NCBI RefSeq assembly: GCF_009914755.1
Contig: NC_060934.1
Source of the DNA: the human T2T-CHM13v2.0 reference genome, Homo sapiens
Direction: 5' to 3' (one strand)
DNA: 64,000 nt
The notes under the pieces were generated by a model that had not been told where the DNA came from, ran no database searches, and worked only from the letters and a program-made list of their open reading frames with translations. The position numbers and the translations under genes are program-made. Below, one piece after another: positions 12,564 to 23,747 of this stretch; position 1 is the stretch's first letter; each line of letters begins with the position of its first letter.

Positions 12564-13619
12564 GCCCTACATAACAGTGATTGTGTGAGGACAGGGAGTG
12601 AGGAGCGTCTGATCACTCCACGGCCAATTTCAGGGCATCAAACCCCCATGAGAAGGCTGGCTGAACAGCAGCACAGATGGAGAGCGCAGCTGAGCCGGGG
12701 CCACTGAACTGCCCAGGAAGGAAAGCAAAGGCAGGGAATGGGCCAAGAGAGTCCCAGAAGACAAGTAGAGGCGTGCTGTGAGTGCACACCCAGCCGATTA
12801 TACTCCACTCTAGCAGGTGCAAGGTAGAATAGCATTTAAAAATAAGAATTCCGCAGACCTCTCACTGTGTTTGCAAAACCCAGCCAGCTGTCTAGGGCAT
12901 TGTTCCAATGGAGGAAGGAAAAGTTCTGCAGGATATTATAATTTTACCCCAAAAGAATCACTCAGGAAGTAAAAGAGTCCGAACATTGGCTCCAGACCAA
13001 GGTGGGACTGGGGCACATGGCCTCTGGGGACAGAAGACCCAGCACTACCCATCTCTCAGCCTTGGTTTCCTCCTCCACAGCACTGCCTTTAATAGCACTT
13101 GGCTGCGATGATCAGATCAGGTGAGACATATGAGTGTTTTGCAAACTGTAAGGTGCTTTGCAAATTATAAAGTACCTACAACTAAATATATAAGGCCATT
13201 GTTTTCAGAGGAAACATATCTCTACCCAGTCCTAAGGCACCAGCTGTCTCAGAGACAATGTTGAACACTAAAACAAAATACAACACACCAAAAGCAGGGC
13301 AAAAACACAGACTTCATGCCCTCATCAGACTCCAGGAGACCTGGATTCAGCTTCTGGACTCAGAGCTTGACAGCTGTGCCAACTTGGACAAGTCGTTTTC
13401 TCATTTGTAAAACAAGGAAGTGGCACAGGAAAACCTCCAAGGTCCCTCTCCAAGGCCAAAAGTTGTATTAATCTGTACGCCCTGCTACCTAGATAAGCCT
13501 CTGAGAAAAATGTACTAGGTAGTGTTTCCCATGAAATCACCACGAGCTCGCTGAAATTGCTTTGCAAATTTGCCTTGCAAATTGCTTTGCTCCTTCTACC
13601 TGTTTCTATCTATTGGAGT

Positions 13620-14045
13620 ACTGTTTACCACAGACCTAGAGAATCATAACAATATAATCAAGTTAAAATAACTGGTAGATTCTGAATTTTGTGCCCCCAA
13701 GCAGAGAATACACCTTTTTCTCAAATTATCAGTGGAAATTTGCAAAACACTTACCAAATACTTATACAAAAAATAACTTCTTTAAATTACAAAAAGCAGA
13801 AACTGTGCAAGCCATTCTCCAAACCACAAAATGCAACAAAGCTAGGCTAGAATGCTGAAAGTCTGAAGAACCAAAAATAGACAATTCATTTGGAAACTAA
13901 AATATTCTTTACATTGGCTTCAGAAAATGAATAAAAAATACAACAGAAAATTAAAATATGACTTGTCAAAGCTTACTGCATACTACCAAAGCTGTATTAG
14001 GAGGTAAATTTGTAATATTAAGATGCCTTCATTGTTAAAATAAAA
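13620..14045 (+). mobile_element. Ancient L1M ORF2 (endonuclease region) fragment, resuming at about 15990-16450
   Basis: A-rich; gcagagaatacacctttttctcaa...aggaggtaaatttgtaatattaagatgcc. Confidence 0.6.
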
Positions 14046-14194
14046 CAAAACAGTTTTCACTTCCAGGATGACAGCCTGAGTACCTCCACGAACCACTTTC
14101 CAGTGAAACAAACAAGGCTGGCAGAAACTACCTTTAAAAACTACCTTTAAAAAAACAACCAACCATTTAAAAATCTCTGGAGACTGGAAACTAA

Positions 14195-14681
<487 letters not shown>

Positions 14682-15340
14682 TAAAGCTCAGCATATCTCA
14701 CTAGGAGAGCCAGGCCACCATCATCTCTCATCCCCTCCAACTCCAAGTTGCAAAGGCTAAGTTCCAGGTGAGTGTAGCTGGGAAACTGGAGCTACCTTTT
14801 TCTCAGACACTACCCATAGAACAAAGACATGGCAGTCCAAGAACACTGAGATCCCAACCACCCTCACTCCAGTTTGCTCATGGACAGAGGTTATGGGGTA
14901 GAAGCAAGCTGAGAAGATCTCGCACAATTTCTGCTTTTTGTAATTTAAAGAAGTTATCTTTTTGGATACTTGATTATATTATCAGAGGCCACCATCCACT
15001 CAGTGCCCAGAGTTATAGCTCAGGGAGTTTACCCAGAGGAAAAGTTAATCTGTAAGAAAAAAGGGAGCTCTGAAGCTTTCCCCAAAGGAACTGACTTTAT
15101 TTGAAACAGGCTGTGGTAAAGTTCAAGCCTGAGGGCACTCTTGAAAACAACATCTCCTCTTAATTAAGAGCAAGCTAAACCAAAGACCAGCTAATTCACC
15201 AGAAAGAACAAGGGACACAGACAGCCAAGAAGAGCCCTCCTGAGGTCCTAACAAACCTCAAAGACTGGCCTCAAAATCTACTTCTGCCTGGATTTACTTG
15301 AATCAGACTCTGGAGCAATTTATACCCTGGGACATTTTCA

Positions 15341-15674
<334 letters not shown>

Positions 15675-15849
15675 CCACAATAGAGATAGAGCAATCATCA
15701 AGTAATTAGTGGGATCTAATGGGATGGGTATATTCTCAAATGAAGCAGGCACCCTAAGGAGAGATCAGGAAAAGAGATAGTCCAAGAGAGCCCTGCTGAA
15801 GCCAGTCATCCCAGGGTGACTGTGCACACACCCCAGGCTGCATCCTCTG

Positions 15850-15990
15850 AGGATGATGAAAATATTCTAAAAGCGATAGGGATAAGGAATGCACAACTCT
15901 GTGAAAAGAGCAAAAACGATTGAATTATTCCCTTGAAATGAATGAATTGGACCCGTGAATTACACCTCTACAAAACCGCTAACAAAAGTA
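15850..15990 (+). mobile_element. L1MB-like 3' terminus
   Basis: gatgatgaaaatattctaaaa...tgcacaactctgtgaa...gtgaattacacctc. Confidence 0.7.
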
Positions 15991-16014
15991 ATAATTCAGA
16001 AAACAAAGGGCCTA

Positions 16015-16428
<414 letters not shown>

Positions 16429-16879
16429 TTAATAAATTGATTTTTGGAGGTCTCACTACTCCCGTTTCTGTTTGCAACAGTTCACATTTCTGCAGAATGC
16501 TTTCAAGCGCTCCCTGCGTAACTCTCATTTCCAGAAACAGTCTCTATTTGACTCTTCAGCTTTTGAATGGAAAAAGAATTTTCACCAGATGCTGCCAGGA
16601 GCGCGTCCCTTCCCTGGGATTCCCTGAGTAATTCCTTATCAAGTGCCTCAGGCACGGAGGCCGCTCTGGTTTTGCAGCCCATACTCAGATGTGTTGCTCC
16701 TGCAGCTCCCAGCCAGCCAGTGAGAAGGCAGCACTCAGCTGCAAAGATTTCTGCTCAGATCCCCAGCCCTAGGAAGAAAGCTCATTATTTGGACTAGGCC
16801 ACCACTCACCACAGAGTAATCAGAGGGCAGCGGAAACCACCTGCCTGAAGGAGAAATCCTCTATTCAGGAACCTTGGAC

Positions 16880-17016
16880 CTGTTCAGCTGTGCCACTTAC
16901 TAGCTAGGTAACCTGAGCAGATCACTTGGCCTTTTTGGGCTTCAGTCTCCTCATCTGTGCAGTGGATATACAGATAGCTATTGTGAGGATTAAGTAAAAT
17001 ATTGTATATGAGAGTG
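16880..17016 (+). mobile_element. MIR (interrupted by THE1)
   Basis: cttcagtctcctcatctgt...ttgtgaggattaag. Confidence 0.7.
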
Positions 17017-17379
17017 TGATATGGTTTGGCTGTGTCCCCACCCCAGTCTCATCTTGAATTGTAGCTCCCATAATTCCCATGTGTTGTGGGAGGGACCCAG
17101 TGGGAGGTAAATCATGGGGATGGTTTCCCCCATAGTGTTCCCATCCATGGTCGTGAATAAGTCTCACGTGATCTGATGGTTTTATAAGAAGCTTCCCTTT
17201 TCACTTGACTCTCATTCTCTCTTGCTTGCCACCATGTAAGATGTGCCTTTCGCCTTCCACCATGATTGTGAGGCCTCCCCAGCCATGTGAAACTCTGAGT
17301 CCATTAAACCTCTTTTTCTTTATAAATTACCTGGTCTCAGGTATGTCTTTATCAGCAGCAGTGAAAATGGACTAATACA
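17017..17379 (+). mobile_element. THE1B/C MaLR solo LTR
   Basis: tgatatggtttggctgtgtcccc...ggactaataca; 5-bp TSD gagtg/aagtg. Confidence 0.93.
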
Positions 17380-18540
17380 AAGTGCTTTGTGCTTATCTCC
17401 TTTCTTCCTCAACTGTCATGTGTCAGAGGCTTATCCCAATCTCCTGTTCTCACCCTCAGCTGCTTTTGTTCCAAACTGACCCGCTCCCACGCTTAGAGGC
17501 AGCCTAGGCTTGGAGGAACCCCAGGGTCTCCATTTAAAGGCTGCTTAATCTGTGTTAAAATAAACTTGAATTGAACCAAAGGTAAATGACGCAGAAAATA
17601 ACAATCCCATCCAATGGGAATGGACAGGGATGATTGGGACTCTGCCTCTTTGGTCTGCTGTCTGCGTAATGGAATCCGATACCCTATGGCCGTAGCTGGG
17701 CTAATGGAGGGTGATGGAAACCAGAAGGAGGACTGGCTTGACAAAATGCAGACATCCACTGGTGTTTACAAACCCAACAGCTAGGAGCCTTCTCTGAAAG
17801 CCAAACTCGGCCTCTTCTCTCCCTCAGCATTAATTTCCAACACAAATATTTGGAAATAAAATCATTAATCCTTTTTGCCAAGTTTAGGGGGTAGGGTTGG
17901 GGGTAAATAATACCATGTCCAACATCAGACCCAGCAAACAGCCCCATGCGTCACTCCCTACAGGAAACAGCCTTGTGCAGCAGGACACTGGCGCAGTAGA
18001 TGCTTAGCCAACACTGGCCAGTTCTCTGGGTGACCAGCAGAGCTCAGAGGACTTCCTAGAGCTCACCCAGAAATGCGACCCTAGCAAAGTCCTAATGCTT
18101 GGGAAGAATGAGGGGAGAGGGGAGAAAAATTGGGAGTCAAGATGGAGTCACAGAAATAACTCGGGAGCCAGCAAGAGGCTACATCTGCTACCAATAGCAA
18201 GTGGACAGCTCTGCCCTCACACCCGGCTGCTGGGACGAAATGGAAAGCAGCTGGTCTCCCCGGGAAGGTCCTGTCCCCATTTGACGTGGGCGAGTCCCAT
18301 AGCCCAGTTTTCTCACATTCCTTTACTTCTATGTGAAAAGACAGGTTTCTAGGCACACACCAGGGCCTGGCACCTGCACAGCAAGGTCCTGTTTCAAAGC
18401 CTGGGGACAACAGTCATTCAGGATAATAAAGTGCAAATGTATTGCTGGGGAAGCTGGGGGCTCTGTAGGATGTGACCTCTTTGGCTTCTGATGCTCTACT
18501 CTGGGGCCTGATCGCTGGGGGCTCCTCCCTTCTCTGACCC

Positions 18541-18926
18541 TGTGATGGGTTGAATTGTGTCCCCCAGAAAGATACGCTGAAGTCATAACCCTTAGTACCT
18601 TGTTTGGAAATGGGGTCACTGCAGATGTAATTAGTGAAGTGAAGATGAGGTTGTACCAGAGTAGGGTGGATCCCAAATCCAATATGACTGTTGTCCTTAT
18701 AAGAAGAGGGGCTTGAACACATACAGAGACAGGGAGAACTCCCTGTGACCGTGGAGGTAGAGATTTCAGCTGTGGGCCGGGAGCATCAGTCACCTTGGGG
18801 AGCTGGAGAGAAGCAAGCAGCGGTTCTACCTAGGGTCTCAGAAGCGCTCAGTTCTGCAGACCGGGGCATGTTTCAAGCCACCCAGTTTATGGTGCTTTGT
18901 TGCAGCTGCCATTGGAAACTAATTCA
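18541..18926 (+). mobile_element. MLT1B-like MaLR LTR
   Basis: tgtgatgggttgaattgtgtccccc...aatccaatatgactg..gtccttataagaagagg...ggaaactaattca. Confidence 0.85.
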
Positions 18927-19384
18927 GGGCCCAAGCCCTAAAGCCTAATTCCACCCCCAACCTTTCTCCACACCCTGTGGGGGCGGAACCATGGTAGGCC
19001 TGAGAATCCACCTGGAGGAGGGGTCAGTTGCCCTGGGGAGTTGCCATCAGAAATTGCAGAGGCTGAGCAAGGCCTGGTGTGTGCCGTACAGAAGTGGGTG
19101 GGCATGAGGAAGGACGAGGTGGGCACTATCTCCTGGCAGGCCCCTGACCTGGGGAGGGGCTCAGGGAGGGTGGAATCAGGTGAGCAGAGAAAGGCTGACA
19201 TCTTCTCCAGCTGTGGACTCTGAAATGACTGGGACTAGAACAGAATCAAGCCTCCTCTAGACTTTTCGTGAAAACCTTGGAGTCTCTGCCAACAGAAAGG
19301 GGGAAAAAGAGCCCCAAACACACCTACTTCCCATTTCTCCATTACAGTGGAGGTAGAGACTGCCTATATTATCATATATTTGAC

Positions 19385-19530
19385 CAATTACAGTTTTGGG
19401 ATCAGACAGGACACTGGGGTCAAATATAATTAACATATATTATAACAAATATGTGTTAATTGTAACATAACAAATATATGTTAATTACATTTGACCCCAG
19501 TGTCCAGGCTTGACCCCAAAACTGTAATTG
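19385..19530. repeat. 146-bp imperfect palindrome (MITE-like, family not recognised)
   Basis: Left arm caattacagttttgggatcagacaggacactggggtcaaatataattaacatatat is the near reverse complement of the right arm atatatgttaattacatttgaccccagtgtccaggcttgaccccaaaactgtaattg. Confidence 0.9.
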
Positions 19531-20832
19531 CCCCCATCCCTGACCCCAGCCAAGCTCATGCTGTACTCAACTCTATTTTCTCATCCGGCCATAGCCACGC
19601 ACCTCTGAGTCCAGAGACTTCCAGTTATTTCTACTTTTCCAGCAGGAGGAGGGACAAAAACAACTTGGATCTGAAAAGCAGAGGGGGAATTAAGAAAGTA
19701 TCTCAGCCCCGGGCAGCTTTTTTTTTTTTAACCACTAACTGGGCAATGAATAATTTATAGCCAAGAATGTTTGTGGGGGCATAAAATGTTGACAAGTCAA
19801 GAAAAACCTCTTAGCAGCCTAACGGGCAATCCATCTTTAAGAAACAGGTTTCAAATGCACAGCTCTTGAAGAGGCTGGTTGAGGTTGTTTTCTCTCTCTC
19901 TTTTTTTTCTCTTTTATCTATATGGACATTGGTGAGTGCTGAAATATGCCTCACTTCAGCACGAACTTGGGCTGAATGATATCCCAGGCAAGAATTAAAT
20001 CATCGCTTCTTACAGCAAGAAATAAACACCCAAGCGAGGGAGACCCTTGGCGCATGCGGTGGAGGGGAGCTGGTGAGCCTGGCAGTGTTTGATGGGGCCT
20101 TTGTATTCCAGGCAGGATTCAAAGCTCAAGCTCAGCCTCACCGGAGCAAGCGGGTGACTCGGCCCAAAAGAACATTCCTCAGGGAAGCTCCAGGTGAATC
20201 CTCTGTGATTGCACGACTGAGACCTTCTTGTCCTTCAGATGTGGGCATCATCGTTAATATGCCCGGGTCCAGGAACCAGGATGGCATTGCAAGGTCTTCA
20301 TGCCAACAGTGGCTGGGGTGATGCCTATGATGCCAAGTGCCCTGATAACTACAAGGCCAAGCTCATAACAAGCACCTGCCGTGTTCCAGGGCTAAGTTCC
20401 TTACAAAGAACCTCTCCTTTCGTCTTCGTGTCTGCTCTCTGGCTGGTGCTAGTTAGACTGCCCATGTTGTGGCTTCCTTCTCTGCTTCAGGAGGGCCCCT
20501 GAGAAATGGGAGCTCAGGGAGGACCTGTAACTCTGTTAAAGGAAAGAGGTGGTAGAAGCTGGCTCCGAACCTGTGTTATTCCCTTATGCTTAACCACCTT
20601 GCAACGGCCATCTCCTATGGTTGCTGACTTAGTTTTGGAGGCTGAGTTTTCCAGAAAGCAGCAGATATTGGGGTGTGCCTCCTCGTAGTCTCATTCCCTC
20701 AATACACCCCCTCCTACTCTGAGCTTCAGATGACCAAGGTTATAGTTGTACATGGAGACCCAAGTCTAGACCAAAGCTAAGCTAAGCATATCTAGGAATA
20801 GGACAGGTGAGGCTGGTGCCATTAATCAGAAC

Positions 20833-21360
20833 TGTATTTGTTATCTGCTGCTGTGTAACAAATGGCCCCCAAACTTAGCAGCTTTAAAACAACAAATGTT
20901 TATTGCCACACAGTTTCTGCAGGTCAGGAATCCAGACACATCTCAGCTGTGTGTTCTGGCTCAGGGTCTCTTACAAGGCTGGCATCATGGTGCCTGCTGG
21001 AGCGTCTGTCATTTCAAGGTTCAGTTGGGGGAGGATCCACTTCCAAGCTCAGCCACATGGTTGTTGGCCAGTGCAGCTCTGCACCAGATGTGGGACTGAG
21101 GTCCTTAGGTCCTCACTGGCTATCAGCAGGAGGCCTCCCTCAATTCTTAGCCACATGGGCCTCTCCATAGAGCAGCTTATAACATGGCAGCCAGTTTCCC
21201 TCAGAGCAAGGGAGACAAGAGAGCAAGAGAGTGAGAAAGGTAGAAGCCAGAGGCTTTGCTGTGCAGTCTCAGAGTGACATCCCATCACGGCACACACTCA
21301 AGGGGAGGGGGTACACAGGGGCAGGAACACCAGCAGGTGGCACCCATGGGCAGCAACTGC
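20833..21360 (-). mobile_element. MLT1 (E/F-like) MaLR LTR
   Basis: gtgtaacaaatggcccccaaacttagcagctttaaaacaac...ggatccacttccaagctc. Confidence 0.8.
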
Positions 21361-21363
21361 ACT

Positions 21364-21907
21364 TGTAATCTAGCATTATGTAAGAAAGTACATAACAAAG
21401 CTTCCCACAATAAGCACTTCACATCTCTCACAGTTTCTGTGGTCAGGAATTCAGGAGCAGTGTGAGTGGGAAGTTGTGTCTTAGGGTCTCTCACAGGACT
21501 GCAGTCAGAGGTCAGCAAGGGCTCCAGTCCTCTGAAAGCCTGTCTGAGGCTGAAGGACCCACTTCTGGGTGGTGCACTCACGTGGCTGTTGGCAGGAGGC
21601 CTCAGTTCCTCTCCACGTGTGCCTCTCCTCGGGGCTGCTTGAGCATCCTCACAGTATGGTGCCTGGCTTGCCCAGTGTGCAGTCCAGGAGACCACGGCAG
21701 AAGCTGCAATGCCTTCTGTGATGCGGCCTTGGAAGTTGTCCCACGCCATCACTTCTCTAGTATTCTACTGGTCCTGCCCCATCACTTCCACAGTTTTCTA
21801 CTGGTTACATAGGCCAGCCCTGTTCAGTGTGGAAGAGGACACCACAAGGGCATGAATACCTGGAGGTAGAATCATCACGGAAGCCATCTTGGAGATCAAT
21901 TCCCACA
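21364..21907 (-). mobile_element. MLT1F-like MaLR LTR
   Basis: ctcacagtttctgtggtcaggaattc...gttggcaggaggcctcagttcctc...gccatcttggag. Confidence 0.85.
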
Positions 21908-22029
21908 TCAACTAAGCAATCCCACCATGGGTTGGAATCACAGGGTGCTGGAGCCGAGCAAAGAGGATACTGGACCCCAAGCCCATGCACACCACACTCT
22001 CTGCAGTCCCCAGAGTGTGACAGCCGTCT

Positions 22030-22340
22030 GGGGCCCTTGTCTTTACGATGTTCCCTCTGCTTGGCAGGCTCTTCTCCCACAGTGGGCTCCTACTCAACCT
22101 CCAAAGTCCAATTCAAATGTTACCTCCTCTAGTCCTCACCCTATCCCCTCACACCACCCCACTCACAACATGGATGTCTCCCTCCACAGGCCCCTGTGCA
22201 GTTTTTGCATGCCCTTATTATCAGCCTTATCTCAGAATCTATCTGCTTATCCCATGTGTCTGAGGCTCCACATGGCCAGGGACCTTGAGCTACCTGTGTC
22301 ACCTGAGCACCTGGCCAGGGTCTGCCCATGGTAGGTGCAT
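22030..22340 (+). mobile_element. L2 fragment
   Basis: tgttccctctgcttgg...ttcaaatgttacctcctc...gcacctggcc..gtaggtgc. Confidence 0.55.
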
Positions 22341-23390
22341 GGACACTATAAGATTGAGCCAAGTCAGTCTCAGTGAGTTTCAGGGCTGGGCTGAGACCAG
22401 AGTGAAGGTCCCAGCTTCCTGAGCCCTTTCCTGCAGTTGCAGTGGGACCTTTCAGCACATGTCTGGGGTGAGAGCCTTCCCAGAGTCCGCCATCAGGCCT
22501 TAGCCCGTGGGTCCTCACACATGACACCAGGAAGGAGCCTCAGCCCTGGCTGGGGACATCCCTGAGCTGCCAGTCCAGCTCCAAGAGTTGAGCATCTCCA
22601 TCAACTCTTCATCCACAGATTCAGTACATGTCCCCAGATTCCTGCCTGGCTTTCTCCCTGCAGCTGGGCCCATTGTAGACAGTTCCCCCAACACTCCACT
22701 AAAGCTTGGTGTGGGCTGTGATCCATGGAAGGTCCTCACAGGTGCAGGCAGGGGGAGGCAAAGTGCCCAGAACGGGGCTGAATGTGATTGCTGGGCATAT
22801 CTCACACTGAAGGAGTTTCGGCTGCCAAATAGTGCCTCACTGCTCCAAGGACGGCACGGCCTTTCCCATGCACAGGTGTTCTAAAGGGTGCACCAGTTAA
22901 CTGAGTGTGCATCAGTTACCTGAGCAGTGCTGTCACCTGGACTCCTTCAGCCCTGCCTCCTCCCCTCCTTCACTCCAATGGAGAGGGGCCTTTTAGCCCT
23001 ATACCATGGCAAAGTGAGTCTGGAGGGGTCCACTCACATTCGCAATGGGACAATGGCTTGTCTGGAAGCTGCTCCTGTCCAAAGAACAAAAGGTGACAGA
23101 GCTCGGACACAAGGGTGCCCACAAGCAGGACAAGAGTAGCCCAAGGGGCAATGGCAAGATAGAGCCAGAACAGGGAAGGAGGAGGAGCTAGAGAGGGAGA
23201 AAGAAGGCAAAGGGCCGGACCTGAGGGGTCTCCGAAGCCTGCCCAGTAGCCACTGGCATTGGCAACAGTACTTGGGCTCTGGTGTGTTTTCCATCAGTGG
23301 CAGCTTTGGCACTGGTCTCTTTCCAAACACCCTTCCACATCTTTTCAGTACATATCAGGACATATCACATATTATGTGACTTGAGGTCCC

Positions 23391-23747
23391 TGTATTAGTT
23401 TGTTTTCGCACTACTATAAAGAACTGACCAAGACTGGGTAATTTAGAAAGGAAAGAGGTTAAATTGACTCACAGTTCCGCATGGCTGGGGAAGCCTCAGG
23501 AAACTTACAATCATGGTGGAAGGCACCTCTTCACAGGGCAGCAGGAGAGAGAATGAGTGCCGAATGCAGAGGGAAGACCCTCATAAAACCATCAGATCTC
23601 ATGAGAACTCACTCACTAGCACAAGAAAAGCACAGGGGAAACTGCCCCCATGATCCAGTTACCTCCACCTGGTCCTGCCTTTGCCACCTGGGAATTATTA
23701 CAATTCAAGGTGAGATTTCGGTGGGGACAGACAGCCAAACCATAGCA
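23391..23747 (-). mobile_element. THE1D/MSTA-like MaLR solo LTR
   Basis: tgtattagt...gactgggtaattt...cagccaaaccatagca. Confidence 0.92.
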
